A DNA stretch of 64,000 bases from an uncultured Actinomycetes bacterium (GTDB lineage: Bacteria > Actinomycetota > Thermoleophilia > UBA2241), in assembly GCA_963709345.1 (NCBI GenBank), contig CAVPVX010000011.1, positions 384,001 to 448,000 of the forward strand. The letters are read 5' to 3'. Position 1 is the stretch's first letter, and each line of letters starts with the position of its first letter. Both the position numbers and the translations under genes were made by a program. This document shows positions 49,373-59,236 of this stretch, piece after piece. The notes under the pieces were generated by a model. That model ran no database searches. It saw only the letters and a list, made by a program, of their open reading frames with translations, and was not told the DNA's origin.

Positions 49373-49448
49373 ATGAGCAAGAAGAAGGACAAGAAGAAGG
49401 ACAAGAAGAAGGCACAAGAAGGCCAAGAAGAAGAGCAAGAAGAAGTAG
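49373..49448 (+). CDS. small Lys-rich peptide (about 24 aa if one extra base near 49413 is removed)
   Basis: GGAGGTGA RBS, ATG AGC AAG AAG AAG GAC..., AAG-rich until TAG, then a GC hairpin. Confidence 0.5.
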
Positions 49449-49532
49449 CGAAGTCGCCGGACGGGGCGGGGCGGCCTGCGCGGCGCCCCGCCCCGTACTC
49501 GGCTCCGGAGCCGGGCAGGCCACCCAGCCCGG

Positions 49533-50504
49533 TCAGTCCTGCTCCAGCTCGCGCTGCGCGCGCAGATACGCGACGAGCAGGGAGTCGCGCTCCACTACCA
49601 GCTCGTCGTAGGTGCGCGCCCTCTTTTCGGCGGCGAGGCCGTCGGCGAGGGCCTCGCCCGTCTTCGGCGGGAACTCCGTCCAGGTCGCGAGGTCGCGCAG
49701 CATCCCCTCCTTGACGGCGGCCAGGTGCTCCACGTGGCCGAGGATGCCCTCCTCGCCACCGCCCAGGTCGTAGAGCAGGTGCGGGCCCATGGCGGCCCAG
49801 CGCAGGCCGGGGCCGTAGGCGACGGCCTTGTCGACATCCTCCACGGTGGCGATGCCCCGGAGCACGAGGTCGACCGCCTCCCGCCACAGCGCCGCGGAGA
49901 GCCGGTTGGCGATGTAGCCGGGCAGGTCGCGTGTGAGCTTGACCGGCTTCTTGCCGACGGCCGTGTAGAAGGCGGCCGCGCGCGCCATCGCCTCCGGCGA
50001 GGTCAGCGCGCCCGGGGCGAGCTCCACCAGCGGTACAAGGTGCGGCGGGTTGTACGGGTGGGCGGCGAGGCAGCGCTCCGGGTGTGCCGCCGCCGTCTGC
50101 ATCTCGCTGATCGAGAGGCCGGAAGAACTCGTGCAGATGAGCGCCCCGACTGGCGCGGCCGCGCCGATCGCGGCGAAGACCGTGCGCTTGAGGGCCAGCT
50201 CCTCGCGCACGCACTCCTGGACGTGGCTCGCGCCGTCGACGGCCGCGGCGAGGTCGGTCGTCGTGGTCAGGGCGGCCAGTCCGCGCTCGACGGCGTCCGG
50301 CTCGGCGAGGCCGCTGCCGGCGAGGAAGCGCGCCGCTGCCGCGCCGCGCTCGGCCGCGCCGGCAAGCCGCTCGCCGCTCACGTCGTGGATGCGCACCTCG
50401 AGGCCGGCGGCCGCGAAGAGCCCGGCCCAGCTGCCTCCGGTCAGGCCGGCCCCCACGACGGCCACGGGGCTGTGCGGCGCGCTCGATTGCTCTGTCGATC
50501 CCAT
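49533..50504 (-). CDS. 3-hydroxyacyl-CoA dehydrogenase family protein (carnitine/L-gulonate dehydrogenase-like)
   Basis: VVGAGLTG, VQECVRE, SSSG, HPYNPPHLVPLVE, GYIANRL and GPGLRWAAMGP. Confidence 0.9.
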   Translation of the reverse strand: MGSTEQSSAPHSPVAVVGAGLTGGSWAGLFAAAGLEVRIHDVSGERLAGAAERGAAAARFLAGSGLAEPDAVERGLAALTTTTDLAAAVDGASHVQECVREELALKRTVFAAIGAAAPVGALICTSSSGLSISEMQTAAAHPERCLAAHPYNPPHLVPLVELAPGALTSPEAMARAAAFYTAVGKKPVKLTRDLPGYIANRLSAALWREAVDLVLRGIATVEDVDKAVAYGPGLRWAAMGPHLLYDLGGGEEGILGHVEHLAAVKEGMLRDLATWTEFPPKTGEALADGLAAEKRARTYDELVVERDSLLVAYLRAQRELEQD

Positions 50505-50580
50505 GGGGGCTCCCTTCGGTGGCTGGGGCGGATTCTAACGCGAGGCGGATCCGCAACGTGCTCGGCCCGCGCGTCGCGCC

Positions 50581-50640
50581 GGCCGCCGGTCAAGACGCGC
50601 GGCGCGCCGGCCGCCGGTCAAGACGCGCGGCGCGCCGGCC
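50581..50640. repeat. 28-bp tandem duplication
   Basis: GGCCGCCGGTCAAGACGCGCGGCGCGCC occurs twice. Confidence 0.85.
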
Positions 50641-50770
50641 GACACGCGGGTGAGATCGCTGGGGATGGAGACAAGCCCTCGAGACCGGCGTCAGGCACGA
50701 CCGGCCGCGAAACGACGGGGCAGGCAGGTCCCGGCATGTCGATGGCGGGAGGAGATCATGGTGAGAGTGG

Positions 50771-51405
50771 ATGAACGGGGAGACCACGAGTGCGGTGCGG
50801 GCCGGAGATAGAGGGCGGGGGCCGTCGCCGTCCTTCTTTCGGTCGTGCTGCTGCTTGCAGCGGCGCTGCTCGCGGTGGCGTGCGGAGACGAGGGTACCTC
50901 GTCGCCGAGTCCCACCACCGCCGGCGCCTTCAGCGACTACCCGCCATTCAGCTTCGTGCCCTCCGAGGGCGGCGAGGCGACGGGCATCGCCGTCGACTAC
51001 TGGAATCTCATGGCGTATCGGCTGGGCGTGGGGCTCGAGCTGACCCCGATCCTCTTCACCGAGCAGATCGAGGGGCTCAAGGACGGCCGCTTCGACTCGC
51101 TCACCGGCATCTTCCCGCTCCCCGAACGCGAGCAGTGGTTCGCGTTCTCGCGCGCCTGGTTCATGATCGACACGCGCATCTACACGGACGCCGGCCACAC
51201 GGCCGACAAGACCCTGCAGGGCCTGAAGGGGCTCACCGTCGCCGTCGTCGCGGTGGGCAAGCCCGTGGCCGGCGGTGAGATGACGCTGCCGGTGCGCAAG
51301 GACGAGACGATGCTCCTCCAGATCACGAACAAGGGAATCTCCATGGTGGGCGAGGCCGAGTTCCAAGGCATCTACGAGACCTGCATGGGCGAGGGCGGGG
51401 ACTGA
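50771..51405 (+). pseudogene. family 3 solute-binding lipoprotein, frameshifted and apparently internally deleted
   Basis: Lipobox AVAC, DYPPFSF, GIAVD, LKDGRFD..ER and LKGLTVAVV, then a jump to the C-terminal part. Confidence 0.65.
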
Positions 51406-51590
51406 ACGGTGCGCGCGGTCCGAGCGGGACTGAGGAGGCCCGGGCGCCGGCCGCGGCGGTGACGGCTGAGTCGCCGCGCCCGCCGGCTGAGTCGCCGCGC
51501 CCGCCGGCCGACTCCCGGGAGCGCCGTCGCGGGGCGATCCGCGTCGTGAGTACGCGGGAGGGGTCCGTCGGGGGTGTCGCTTCCGCCCGT

Positions 51591-51719
51591 GGCACCACTG
51601 CCGGCACCACTGCCGGCACCACTACCGGCACCGCTACCGGCACCACTGCCGGCACCACTACCGACGCTACTGCCGGCACCGCTACCGGCACCACTGCCGG
51701 CACCACTGCCGGCACCACT
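51591..51719. repeat. 12-bp minisatellite (GGCACCACTGCC), about 11 units
   Basis: Seen directly; some units vary. Confidence 0.9.
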
Positions 51720-51820
51720 CGTGGCCCTGCTTCTCGCGGCATCAGTCGCCGCGCACGGCGGGATGGCGGCACGCGGCGCCGGCGGCCGCGCACGTCACTC
51801 GCAGGCGCGGCGTCTCCCCG

Positions 51821-52258
51821 TCAGTCGTAGGCGCGCCGCGTCGCCTCGTCGGTCAGCACGTCCTTGATCCGCTGCTGCCACTTCACGGACTTCCAGGTGC
51901 CCAGTTCCTGATGCGTGTCGAAGTAGTTCTGGGGGATCGGGTGCGTCCCGATGACGACCTCGAGCCCGTACTTGGCGCCGAGGAACTCGTCGAACTCTCC
52001 GATGCGCGGGCACGGCGGGTAGCCGACCACAAGGCCGGTGGCGAGGTGGATCACTTCGGCGCCGTTCTTCTTCATCTCCGCCGGGGCGTACTCGATGTTG
52101 CCGCCGGGGCAGCCGCCGCAGGTGGTGTAGCCGACCAGCTCGATCTCTTCGTCGCCGTAGCGCGCGAAGGCGCCCTCCCGGTCCCGCATGGCGCGCAGGC
52201 ACTTGCCTCCCGCGCAGCGGTGATAGCGGTCGCAGATGACGATGCCTACCTTCTTCAC
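51821..52258 (-). CDS. CGGC domain protein
   Basis: ICDRYHRCAGGKC, TTCGGCPG, PPCP and VIGTH. Confidence 0.9.
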   Translation of the reverse strand: MKKVGIVICDRYHRCAGGKCLRAMRDREGAFARYGDEEIELVGYTTCGGCPGGNIEYAPAEMKKNGAEVIHLATGLVVGYPPCPRIGEFDEFLGAKYGLEVVIGTHPIPQNYFDTHQELGTWKSVKWQQRIKDVLTDEATRRAYD

Positions 52259-52378
52259 GTCGATCACTCCCTCGTGGAAATGTGTCACGTGGCGCTGCTG
52301 CTCCCGTGTCTATCTCGCCGGCGTTGGGCGTGAGAGTAGGATGAGCAGGAGAGTCGGCTGACAAGGGACGGTGACGAC

Positions 52379-53179
52379 GTGACGGACCAGGATCCGCCGG
52401 TGCGCATCGCGCTCGTGCAGATGAGCCTCGCGGACGGTGACGAGGCTCGCAATCTGGCCGCGGCAGAGCACGGCGTGGCCGAGGCGGCGCAGGCCGGCGC
52501 GGGCATCGTCGTGCTCCCCGAGATGACGCTCACCGGCTTCCCCTACGACCGCATCGAGGCGCTCGCCGAACCGCTCGGCGGGCCGGGCGCCGCCGCCTTC
52601 GCGCGGATGGCCGGCGACCACGAGATCGCGGTCGTCGCCGGCCTGCCCCGGCGCGACGAGGGTGACGGCCGGGTCTTCAACACCACCATCGTGCTTGATC
52701 CGGCCGGAGACCTGCTCGCGACCTACGACAAGACCCACCTCTTCGATCAGGAGAAGACGGTCTTCGCGCCCGGGGCCACTCTCAACGGCGTGTTCACCTA
52801 CCGCGGCGTCTCCTACGGCCTGCTCTGCTGCTTCGACATCGAGATGCCGGAGGCGGCACGCAAGCTCGCCCTGCTCGGCGCCCAGTGCCTGCTGGTGCCC
52901 AGCGCCAACATGGAGCCCTGGGGTCTGCATCACCGCATCTTCGCGCGCTCGCGCGCGCTCGAGAACCACGTCTTCGTCGCCTACTGCAACGGCGTCGGGC
53001 CTTGCGCCGGCGCGACGCTGGTCGGCGAGAGCTGCCTTGTCGACCCGCTCGGGAGCGTCCTGTGCGACGCGGGCGCCGGCGAGTCCGTCGTCTGGGGCGA
53101 CGTGGACATGGCCGTCGCCCACGAGTCGCGCCGCGCCTACGACTACCTGCGCGAGCGACGGCCGGACCTGTATGGCTGA
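52379..53179 (+). CDS. carbon-nitrogen hydrolase (nitrilase superfamily)
   Basis: VLPEM, YDKTHLF, CCFDIEMPE and RALEN (E-K-C triad). Confidence 0.92.
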   Translation: MTDQDPPVRIALVQMSLADGDEARNLAAAEHGVAEAAQAGAGIVVLPEMTLTGFPYDRIEALAEPLGGPGAAAFARMAGDHEIAVVAGLPRRDEGDGRVFNTTIVLDPAGDLLATYDKTHLFDQEKTVFAPGATLNGVFTYRGVSYGLLCCFDIEMPEAARKLALLGAQCLLVPSANMEPWGLHHRIFARSRALENHVFVAYCNGVGPCAGATLVGESCLVDPLGSVLCDAGAGESVVWGDVDMAVAHESRRAYDYLRERRPDLYG

Positions 53180-53188
53180 GGTCTGATC

Positions 53189-54082
53189 ATGATCATGTCC
53201 ATCCTGCCCGCCGTTGCGATCGTCGCGTCCGTCACCTGGGCGATCCTGCTGGTGCTCGCCCATCGCATGACCCCCGGGCAGGACGCGCTCAGCATGGGGA
53301 TGAGCGGGCTCGTCCACGGGCGAGCGCGCGTGGTCATGAAGGCCGCGTTCTTGGCGCGGGGCGGCGCGGCACTGGCGCTCGTCGCGGCCCTGCCGGCTGT
53401 GGTACCTCGCGGCGGCCTGACGATCGCCGGCCTCGTTCTCTTCTGGCTCTGGGGAGCGGCATCGGCGCTGCTGGCGCTCTACGACACCGACATGCCCGGC
53501 GAGGCGCCGACCCGACAGGGTGTGGCGCACGCCGTCGCGGCCACTGTCGCGTACGTCGCCGGCGTCGCCGGGATGCTGGCGCTCTCGCTGGTGCTGCGCG
53601 GCGAAGCCGCGACCGCCGGCGTCGCGCGATGGGCGCTGCTCATCGCGGCGGCGGCGGCGGTCGCCATGGTCGCGCAGTTCGCCGGCTTCGCCGCGGCGGC
53701 GCGCGTGGCGGGCGCCGCGCGCGAGTCTGGCGCGCCCGACCCGGCCGGTGGAGCGTCTGTGACGGCCGGCCCCGGCGGAGCGCCTCCGGCCGCCCCCGGT
53801 GGAGCGTCTGCGACGGCCGGCCCCGGCGGAGCGCCTCCGGCCGCCGCCCCGGCGGCCGCCTCTGTGACGGCCGCTGCCGCCGGCCCGGCCGCGCCTCCTC
53901 AGCTGGCGGCCTCGGCCGGGAAGCCCGCGGCGCGCCGGTCACGCTCGTCGGGTTCCTCGCGCTCGTCGTCTCCCGCCGGCGCCTCCGGGCTCGAGGCCCT
54001 CGCTCCCTACGCCGGCCTGCTGCAGCGTGTCTGCGTCGCGCTCGTCATGCTGTGGGTCGTGGTCGTCGCTCTGGGCATCTGA
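53189..54082 (+). CDS. DUF998-like membrane protein with a repeat-expanded loop
   Basis: TM helices, YDTD..H motif, GLLQR near the end; Ala/Pro/Gly repeat insertion at about 53745-53900. Confidence 0.6.
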   Translation: MIMSILPAVAIVASVTWAILLVLAHRMTPGQDALSMGMSGLVHGRARVVMKAAFLARGGAALALVAALPAVVPRGGLTIAGLVLFWLWGAASALLALYDTDMPGEAPTRQGVAHAVAATVAYVAGVAGMLALSLVLRGEAATAGVARWALLIAAAAAVAMVAQFAGFAAAARVAGAARESGAPDPAGGASVTAGPGGAPPAAPGGASATAGPGGAPPAAAPAAASVTAAAAGPAAPPQLAASAGKPAARRSRSSGSSRSSSPAGASGLEALAPYAGLLQRVCVALVMLWVVVVALGI

Positions 54083-54142
54083 CAGCCGCCTACACCGGTC
54101 CGTCGAAGGGCCGTCGCCACCATCCGGCTCTCCCTCTCCCCG

Positions 54143-54205
54143 TGGACTCCACCGGCGCGAAGTCCTACGATGGCGGTAGCTCGCAGGCGGTGAGCGCGCT
54201 CACCG
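54143..54205 (+). promoter_or_regulatory. promoter and 18-bp palindromic operator
   Basis: TGGACT-17 bp-TACGAT; CGGTGAGCGCGCTCACCG at 54188-54205. Confidence 0.6.
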
Positions 54206-54255
54206 TGGGTGTCCGAAGTGGAGGGCAGCGCCATGAGCGACCAGGGGGCAGAGCC

Positions 54256-55146
54256 ATGACCTACGACGACGTTCGCGCGCGCCTCAACCTCCTTGCGGTT
54301 CTTCCCAACCTCGAGGACGTGGTGGCGGGCGACGCGGAGATGCAGGGGCTCGTGAGCGATGCCCGCATCACCGTCAAGTTCAACGTCGCCGGCGGGCCCA
54401 AGGCCTGGGTGCGCCTTGCCGGCGGCGTCTGTACGGTCGGCGAGGGCATCGGCCCGGGGAAGAGGGAGGCCGGCGCCGCAGGCGCTCCGGCCGAGGGGGG
54501 CGGAGCCGCAGGCCCCGCCGCCCCGTCCGTCCCGTCGGTCGTCCTCGCCTTCACGTCCGCGCGGCACCTCAACAGGATGTTCGACGGGTCGTCCCAGCCC
54601 GTGCCCGTCTGGGGCTTCAACCACCTCGGGTTCCTGCAGGGGCCGTTCAGCGAGCTCACCGACCGCCTGGCGTACTACCTCGCGCCCAGCGACGAGCTGC
54701 TTGCGCATCCCGGCTACCTGGCGATGAACACGCAGCTGACGATGAACACGGCGGCCTTCGCCGTGCCGCAGCTGCTGGCCGCCGACCCCGACTGCATGCC
54801 GCTGCGTCACGGCCTGGCGCACGGCACGATCGTGCTCAAGGTCCTGCCCGACGGCCCCGCCGTCAGCCTCGTCTGCGGGGCCTCAGGTGTGCTGCCCGTC
54901 AAGGGCGAGCTGCCGCACCCCAGCGCGCTCGTGCTGCTGCCGGGCCTGCAGGTCGCGAACGACTTTCTGAACGGCAAGCTCGACACGTTCGCCGCGGTCG
55001 CGAAGGGCGACATCGCGATCTGGGGCCGTATCGGCCTGGTCGACACGCTCGGCCTGGTGCTCGACCGCGTGCCCAGGTACCTGGGGCCGGCGGGCGAAGC
55101 CGGCCCGGCGTCCGCATCGTCCACCGCGACCGCCGCCGCCGGCTGA
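54256..55146 (+). CDS. hypothetical protein with two SCP2-like lipid-binding folds
   Basis: VKFNVAGGPKAWV and NDFLNGKLDTFAAVAKGDIAIWG pattern. Confidence 0.6.
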   Translation: MTYDDVRARLNLLAVLPNLEDVVAGDAEMQGLVSDARITVKFNVAGGPKAWVRLAGGVCTVGEGIGPGKREAGAAGAPAEGGGAAGPAAPSVPSVVLAFTSARHLNRMFDGSSQPVPVWGFNHLGFLQGPFSELTDRLAYYLAPSDELLAHPGYLAMNTQLTMNTAAFAVPQLLAADPDCMPLRHGLAHGTIVLKVLPDGPAVSLVCGASGVLPVKGELPHPSALVLLPGLQVANDFLNGKLDTFAAVAKGDIAIWGRIGLVDTLGLVLDRVPRYLGPAGEAGPASASSTATAAAG

Positions 55147-55162
55147 GGGAGGAGCGAACGCC

Positions 55163-56419
55163 ATGGAGACTTACTCGTTCGCCCGGTCGCAGGAGCTCTT
55201 CGAGCGTGCGACCCGCGTCATCCCCTGCGGCATCTACGGCCACTTCAGCCCGGCGCCGCTGGTGCCGCCGACCAGCTATCCGTTCTACGCCCGGAGCGGC
55301 ACCGGCGCCCACTTCACCGACGTGGACGGCAACGACTTCATCGACTACATGTGCGCCTACGGGCCGATGGTCCTCGGTTACGACAACAAGGTCGTGCACG
55401 ACGCCGCCGCCGCGCAGCGCAAGCTCGGCGACACGCTCGCCTGCCCGTCGCCCGTGATGGTGGAGCTGGCCGAGAAGCTCGTGGACCTCATCCCGTTCGC
55501 CGCCTGGGCCTTCTTCGCCAAGAACGGCGGCGACATGACGAACTACGCGACGATGATCGCGCGCGCGGCCACCGGCCGCCCGCTCATCGTTGCCATCGAC
55601 GGCGGCTATCACGGCGTCTCGCCGTGGATGCAGGGCGGAGGCCACCACGGCGTCACCGCCGGCGACGTCGCCGGCACGGTGCGCATCCCGTGGAATGACA
55701 CCGCCGCCTTCGAGCGCGTGCTGGCGGAGAGGCCGGGAAAGGTCGCCGGCTTCATCGCCACGCCGTACCACCACCCGACCTTCGCCGACAGCGCGCTGCC
55801 GGCCGAGGGCTACTGGCAGCGCGTCCGCGAGCTCTGCGACCGCGAGGGCGTCGTGCTCATCATCGACGACGTGCGCTGCGGCTTCCGCCTCAGCCTGCAC
55901 GGCTCCGCCGAGTACTTCGGCTTCACGCCGGACCTCGCCTGCTACTGCAAGGCGCTCGCCAACGGGTACCCGATCTCGGCGCTGGTCGGGACGGACGCGC
56001 TCAAGGGCGACGCGGCCAGGGTCTTCTACACCGGCAGCTACTGGTACCAGGCGGCGCCCATGGCGGCGGCGCTTGCCTGCCTCGACGAGCTCGTCCGCCT
56101 CGACGCGTCGCGCGTGATGCAGGAGTACGGCCGCCAGCTCACCGACGGGCTCAAGCGGCTGGCCGACAAGCGCGGCTACGAGCTCAAGGTCACGGGCGTG
56201 CCGAGCATGCCGTATCTGCGCCTCACCGACGACCCCAGCCTGATGCTCCACCAGCGCTTCTGCGCCGAGGCCACCCACCGCGGTGCCTACTTCACCTCGC
56301 ACCACAACTGGTTCATGAGCTGCGCCCACACGCAGGACGACCTCGATCGCACGCTGGCGATCGCCGACGACGCGTTCACGGCGCTCGAGAAGAGCCCCGA
56401 GGGGCAAGGGGGTAGCTGA
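55163..56419 (+). CDS. class III aminotransferase, glutamate-1-semialdehyde aminomutase-like
   Basis: DVDGNDFIDYMCAYGPMVLG, KNGGD, DDVRCGFR and CKALANGYPISA. Confidence 0.88.
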   Translation: METYSFARSQELFERATRVIPCGIYGHFSPAPLVPPTSYPFYARSGTGAHFTDVDGNDFIDYMCAYGPMVLGYDNKVVHDAAAAQRKLGDTLACPSPVMVELAEKLVDLIPFAAWAFFAKNGGDMTNYATMIARAATGRPLIVAIDGGYHGVSPWMQGGGHHGVTAGDVAGTVRIPWNDTAAFERVLAERPGKVAGFIATPYHHPTFADSALPAEGYWQRVRELCDREGVVLIIDDVRCGFRLSLHGSAEYFGFTPDLACYCKALANGYPISALVGTDALKGDAARVFYTGSYWYQAAPMAAALACLDELVRLDASRVMQEYGRQLTDGLKRLADKRGYELKVTGVPSMPYLRLTDDPSLMLHQRFCAEATHRGAYFTSHHNWFMSCAHTQDDLDRTLAIADDAFTALEKSPEGQGGS

Positions 56420-57297
56420 TGCCACTGTCAGCCGGCGAGATCACGAAGCTCGAGGCCAAGGCGAAGCAGCTGCGCTGCGACATGGTCGACGTGACCGTCT
56501 GGGCGGGCGGCGCCCACATCGGCGGCTCGCTGAGCATGGCCGACGCGCTCACCGCCCTCTACTACCACTACCTGAACATCAGGCCGGACGAGCCGGACTG
56601 GCCCGAGCGCGACCGCTTCGTGCTCAGCAAAGGCCACGGCGGCGTCGGCCTCTCCGCCGTTCTCGCCGACAAGGGCTACTTCGACAGGGAGCTCCTGCAC
56701 GAGTTCAACCACTTCAAGAGCCCCTTTGGCATGCACCTCGACGGCAACAAGGTACCCGGCGTGGACGCCAGCACCGGGTCGCTCGGCCACGGCCTCTCGA
56801 TGTCGGTCGGCCTGGCGCTCGGCGCCAGATTCCAGAAGCAGGTCTGGCGCACCTACTGTCTCCTCGGCGACGGGGAGTGCAACGAGGGCTCCGTCTGGGA
56901 GGCGGCGATGGCCGCCCACCACTACAAGGTCGACACGCTCACGGCCTTCGTCGACCGTAACCAGATGATGATCGACGGCCGCACCGAGGACATCATGAGC
57001 CTCGAGCCGCTGGCCGAGAAGTGGCAGGCGTTCGGCTGGGAGGTCCGTGAGATCGACGGCCACGACTTCGCGCAGATCGGCGACGCCGTGGAGGGCGCCC
57101 AGGCGACGAAGGGCGCCCCCACCGTGATCATCCTCGACACGGTCAAGGGCAGGGGCGTCGACTTCATGGAGGGCGACGTCAAGTGGCACTACGGCAGCAT
57201 CGACTCCGAACTCGCCGCGAGGGCGAAGGCGTCGATCATGAGCGGGACGGCCGGCGCCGCAAGAGCCGGCGCGCCGGCCGCGGGAGGTGCGACATGA
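56419..57297 (+). CDS. transketolase, N-terminal (ThDP-binding) subunit
   Basis: HIGGSLS, RDRFVLSKGH, TGSLGHG, GDGECNEG and TVKGRG. Confidence 0.93.
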   Translation: MPLSAGEITKLEAKAKQLRCDMVDVTVWAGGAHIGGSLSMADALTALYYHYLNIRPDEPDWPERDRFVLSKGHGGVGLSAVLADKGYFDRELLHEFNHFKSPFGMHLDGNKVPGVDASTGSLGHGLSMSVGLALGARFQKQVWRTYCLLGDGECNEGSVWEAAMAAHHYKVDTLTAFVDRNQMMIDGRTEDIMSLEPLAEKWQAFGWEVREIDGHDFAQIGDAVEGAQATKGAPTVIILDTVKGRGVDFMEGDVKWHYGSIDSELAARAKASIMSGTAGAARAGAPAAGGAT

Positions 57298-58310
57298 CCG
57301 AGGTCACCGGCACCACCTGGAACGTCTACGACGCCAACACGCTCACGCAGGCCGAGATCTACGGTCGCGTGCTCTGCGACCTGGCCGAGGCCGACCCGCG
57401 CATCGTGGCGCTGACCGCCGATCTCGCCAGAAGCACCAAGATCGGCGTGTTCCAGGACAAGTTCCCGCACCGGGTGTTCAACGTCGGCATCGCCGAGCAG
57501 AACCTCTTCGGCATCGCCGCGGGCATGGCCAAGAGCGGCCTGCTGCCCTTCGTCAGCACCATGAGCGCGTTCGCCAGCATGCGCGCGCTCGAGCAGGTGC
57601 GCACCGATATCTGCTATCAGAATCTCGACGTCAAGATCATCGCCACGCACGGCGGCGTCAGCTTCGGCCAGGCCGGCACGACGCACCACTGCACCGAGGA
57701 CATCGCCATCCAGCGCTCGCTGGCCAACATGTGCGTGATCGTGCCGGCCGACGGCTGGGAGACCGCCAACGCCGTGCGCGCCGCGGTCAAGCGCCCCGGC
57801 CCCGTCTACATCCGTCTGGGCCGAGGCTTCGAGCCCACCCACTTCGAGAGCGACGACTACGGCTTCGAGATCGGCAAGGCGGTGACCATCAACGAGGGCA
57901 CCGACATCACCGTCATCGCCTGCGGCGTCGCCGTGTACCACGCCGCGGAGGCCGCCAAGCTGCTCAAGGACCAGGACGGCATCGGCGTTCGCGTCCTCGA
58001 CGTGCATACCATCAAGCCCATCGACGAGGAGGCGATCCTCAAGGCGGTCACCGACACGCGCCGCATCCTCGTGGTCGAGGAGCACAACGTCATCGGCGGC
58101 CTCGGCAGCGCCGTCGCCGACGTGATCGCCGCCAGCGGCAAGGGCTGCGCCTTCGCCAAGGCCGGCCTGCCGGACTGCTACAGCGAGGTCGGCTACCCCG
58201 AAGATCTCTACAGCCACTACTGCATCGACGGCGACGGCATCGTCGGCACGGTGCGGGAACTGCTCAAGCGAGAGTTCGAGGCAGACGAAGACTGGGAGGA
58301 CGAGTTCTGA
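57294..58310 (+). CDS. transketolase, C-terminal subunit
   Basis: NVGIAEQN, GTTHH, GPVYIRL, TIKPID and EEHNVIGGLGSAV. Confidence 0.93.
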   Translation: MTEVTGTTWNVYDANTLTQAEIYGRVLCDLAEADPRIVALTADLARSTKIGVFQDKFPHRVFNVGIAEQNLFGIAAGMAKSGLLPFVSTMSAFASMRALEQVRTDICYQNLDVKIIATHGGVSFGQAGTTHHCTEDIAIQRSLANMCVIVPADGWETANAVRAAVKRPGPVYIRLGRGFEPTHFESDDYGFEIGKAVTINEGTDITVIACGVAVYHAAEAAKLLKDQDGIGVRVLDVHTIKPIDEEAILKAVTDTRRILVVEEHNVIGGLGSAVADVIAASGKGCAFAKAGLPDCYSEVGYPEDLYSHYCIDGDGIVGTVRELLKREFEADEDWEDEF

Positions 58311-59236
58311 TGGGCGCCGGACCTGCAGCGGCGGCCGGCGCCCCGGACCCGGCGGAGGCCGTCAAGCAGCCCGCGGCCGGCGCCCCGCAGGCGCCGCCGG
58401 CCAGGCCCGCCGTCGCGCCCCCGCGCAACACGCTGCCACAGGCGCGCACCCGCGAGGTCCTCCGGACGCGCCTGTTCCTGCGCGCCGCGCTGCCGTGCGT
58501 CAAGGTGATGCTCGAAGACGACCCAGCGACGAAGAAGCGCTTCAAGAGCGTGAACGCCGTCGTGCAGTTCGTCGCCAAGAACCAGCCGCGCGCCGTCGGC
58601 GCCTTCCTTTGGTTCGAGGACGGCGACGTCCGCGTCGAGCAGGGCTTCTGGGACGCGGACGGCCTCGGCCGCGAACCCGACATCACGTTCACCTTCGCCT
58701 CGCTGGCCAAGCTCAACGACTTCTTCGCCGGCAAGACGGCGCTGCCGGGCATCCGCGGGCTCACCCACCCCGGGCTGGTGGCGAAGGTCGTGCGCTTGCT
58801 CCTCGGCCTCAAGCTGATGCTGCCGGGCGCGCAGCCCAAGGATCCGGTCAAACGGGCTCTGAAGCTCAAGCTCACCCTCTATATGATCACGACCGCCCTC
58901 AGCCAGTACAACAAGGGCGGCGACCCCGAGATGGAGCGCTGGACCGCCAAACAGCCCGACCGCATCTACCAGTTCTCGGTGGAGCCCGAGGGCATCGCCG
59001 CCTACTTGCGCGTACGCGGCGGGCAGACCAAAGCCGGGCGGGGCGTCTACGAGCGCCGCCGCCCCTTCGTCCACATGCGCTTCAACGGTGTCGACGGCGC
59101 CCTGGCGGTGATGAACAAGGAGGTCGACTTCGTGGACGGCGTCGGCAAGGGCTTCGTGCGCATCGACGGCTCGCCCGAGTATGCCGCCAACCTGAACGAC
59201 TTCATGATGCGCGTGCAGGGCCTGCTCACCGGGTGA
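58310..59236 (+). CDS. hypothetical protein with SCP2-like folds
   Basis: NAVVQF..EDG..VEQG..PDITFTF and VGKGFVRIDG; translationally coupled to transketolase. Confidence 0.6.
   Translation: MGAGPAAAAGAPDPAEAVKQPAAGAPQAPPARPAVAPPRNTLPQARTREVLRTRLFLRAALPCVKVMLEDDPATKKRFKSVNAVVQFVAKNQPRAVGAFLWFEDGDVRVEQGFWDADGLGREPDITFTFASLAKLNDFFAGKTALPGIRGLTHPGLVAKVVRLLLGLKLMLPGAQPKDPVKRALKLKLTLYMITTALSQYNKGGDPEMERWTAKQPDRIYQFSVEPEGIAAYLRVRGGQTKAGRGVYERRRPFVHMRFNGVDGALAVMNKEVDFVDGVGKGFVRIDGSPEYAANLNDFMMRVQGLLTG

Noticed and set aside
51591-51719. CRISPR array
   Set aside because: Contiguous 12-bp units with no spacers and no cas genes.
55163-56419. hemL assignment
   Set aside because: Family-level similarity only; the context is transketolase, not tetrapyrrole synthesis.
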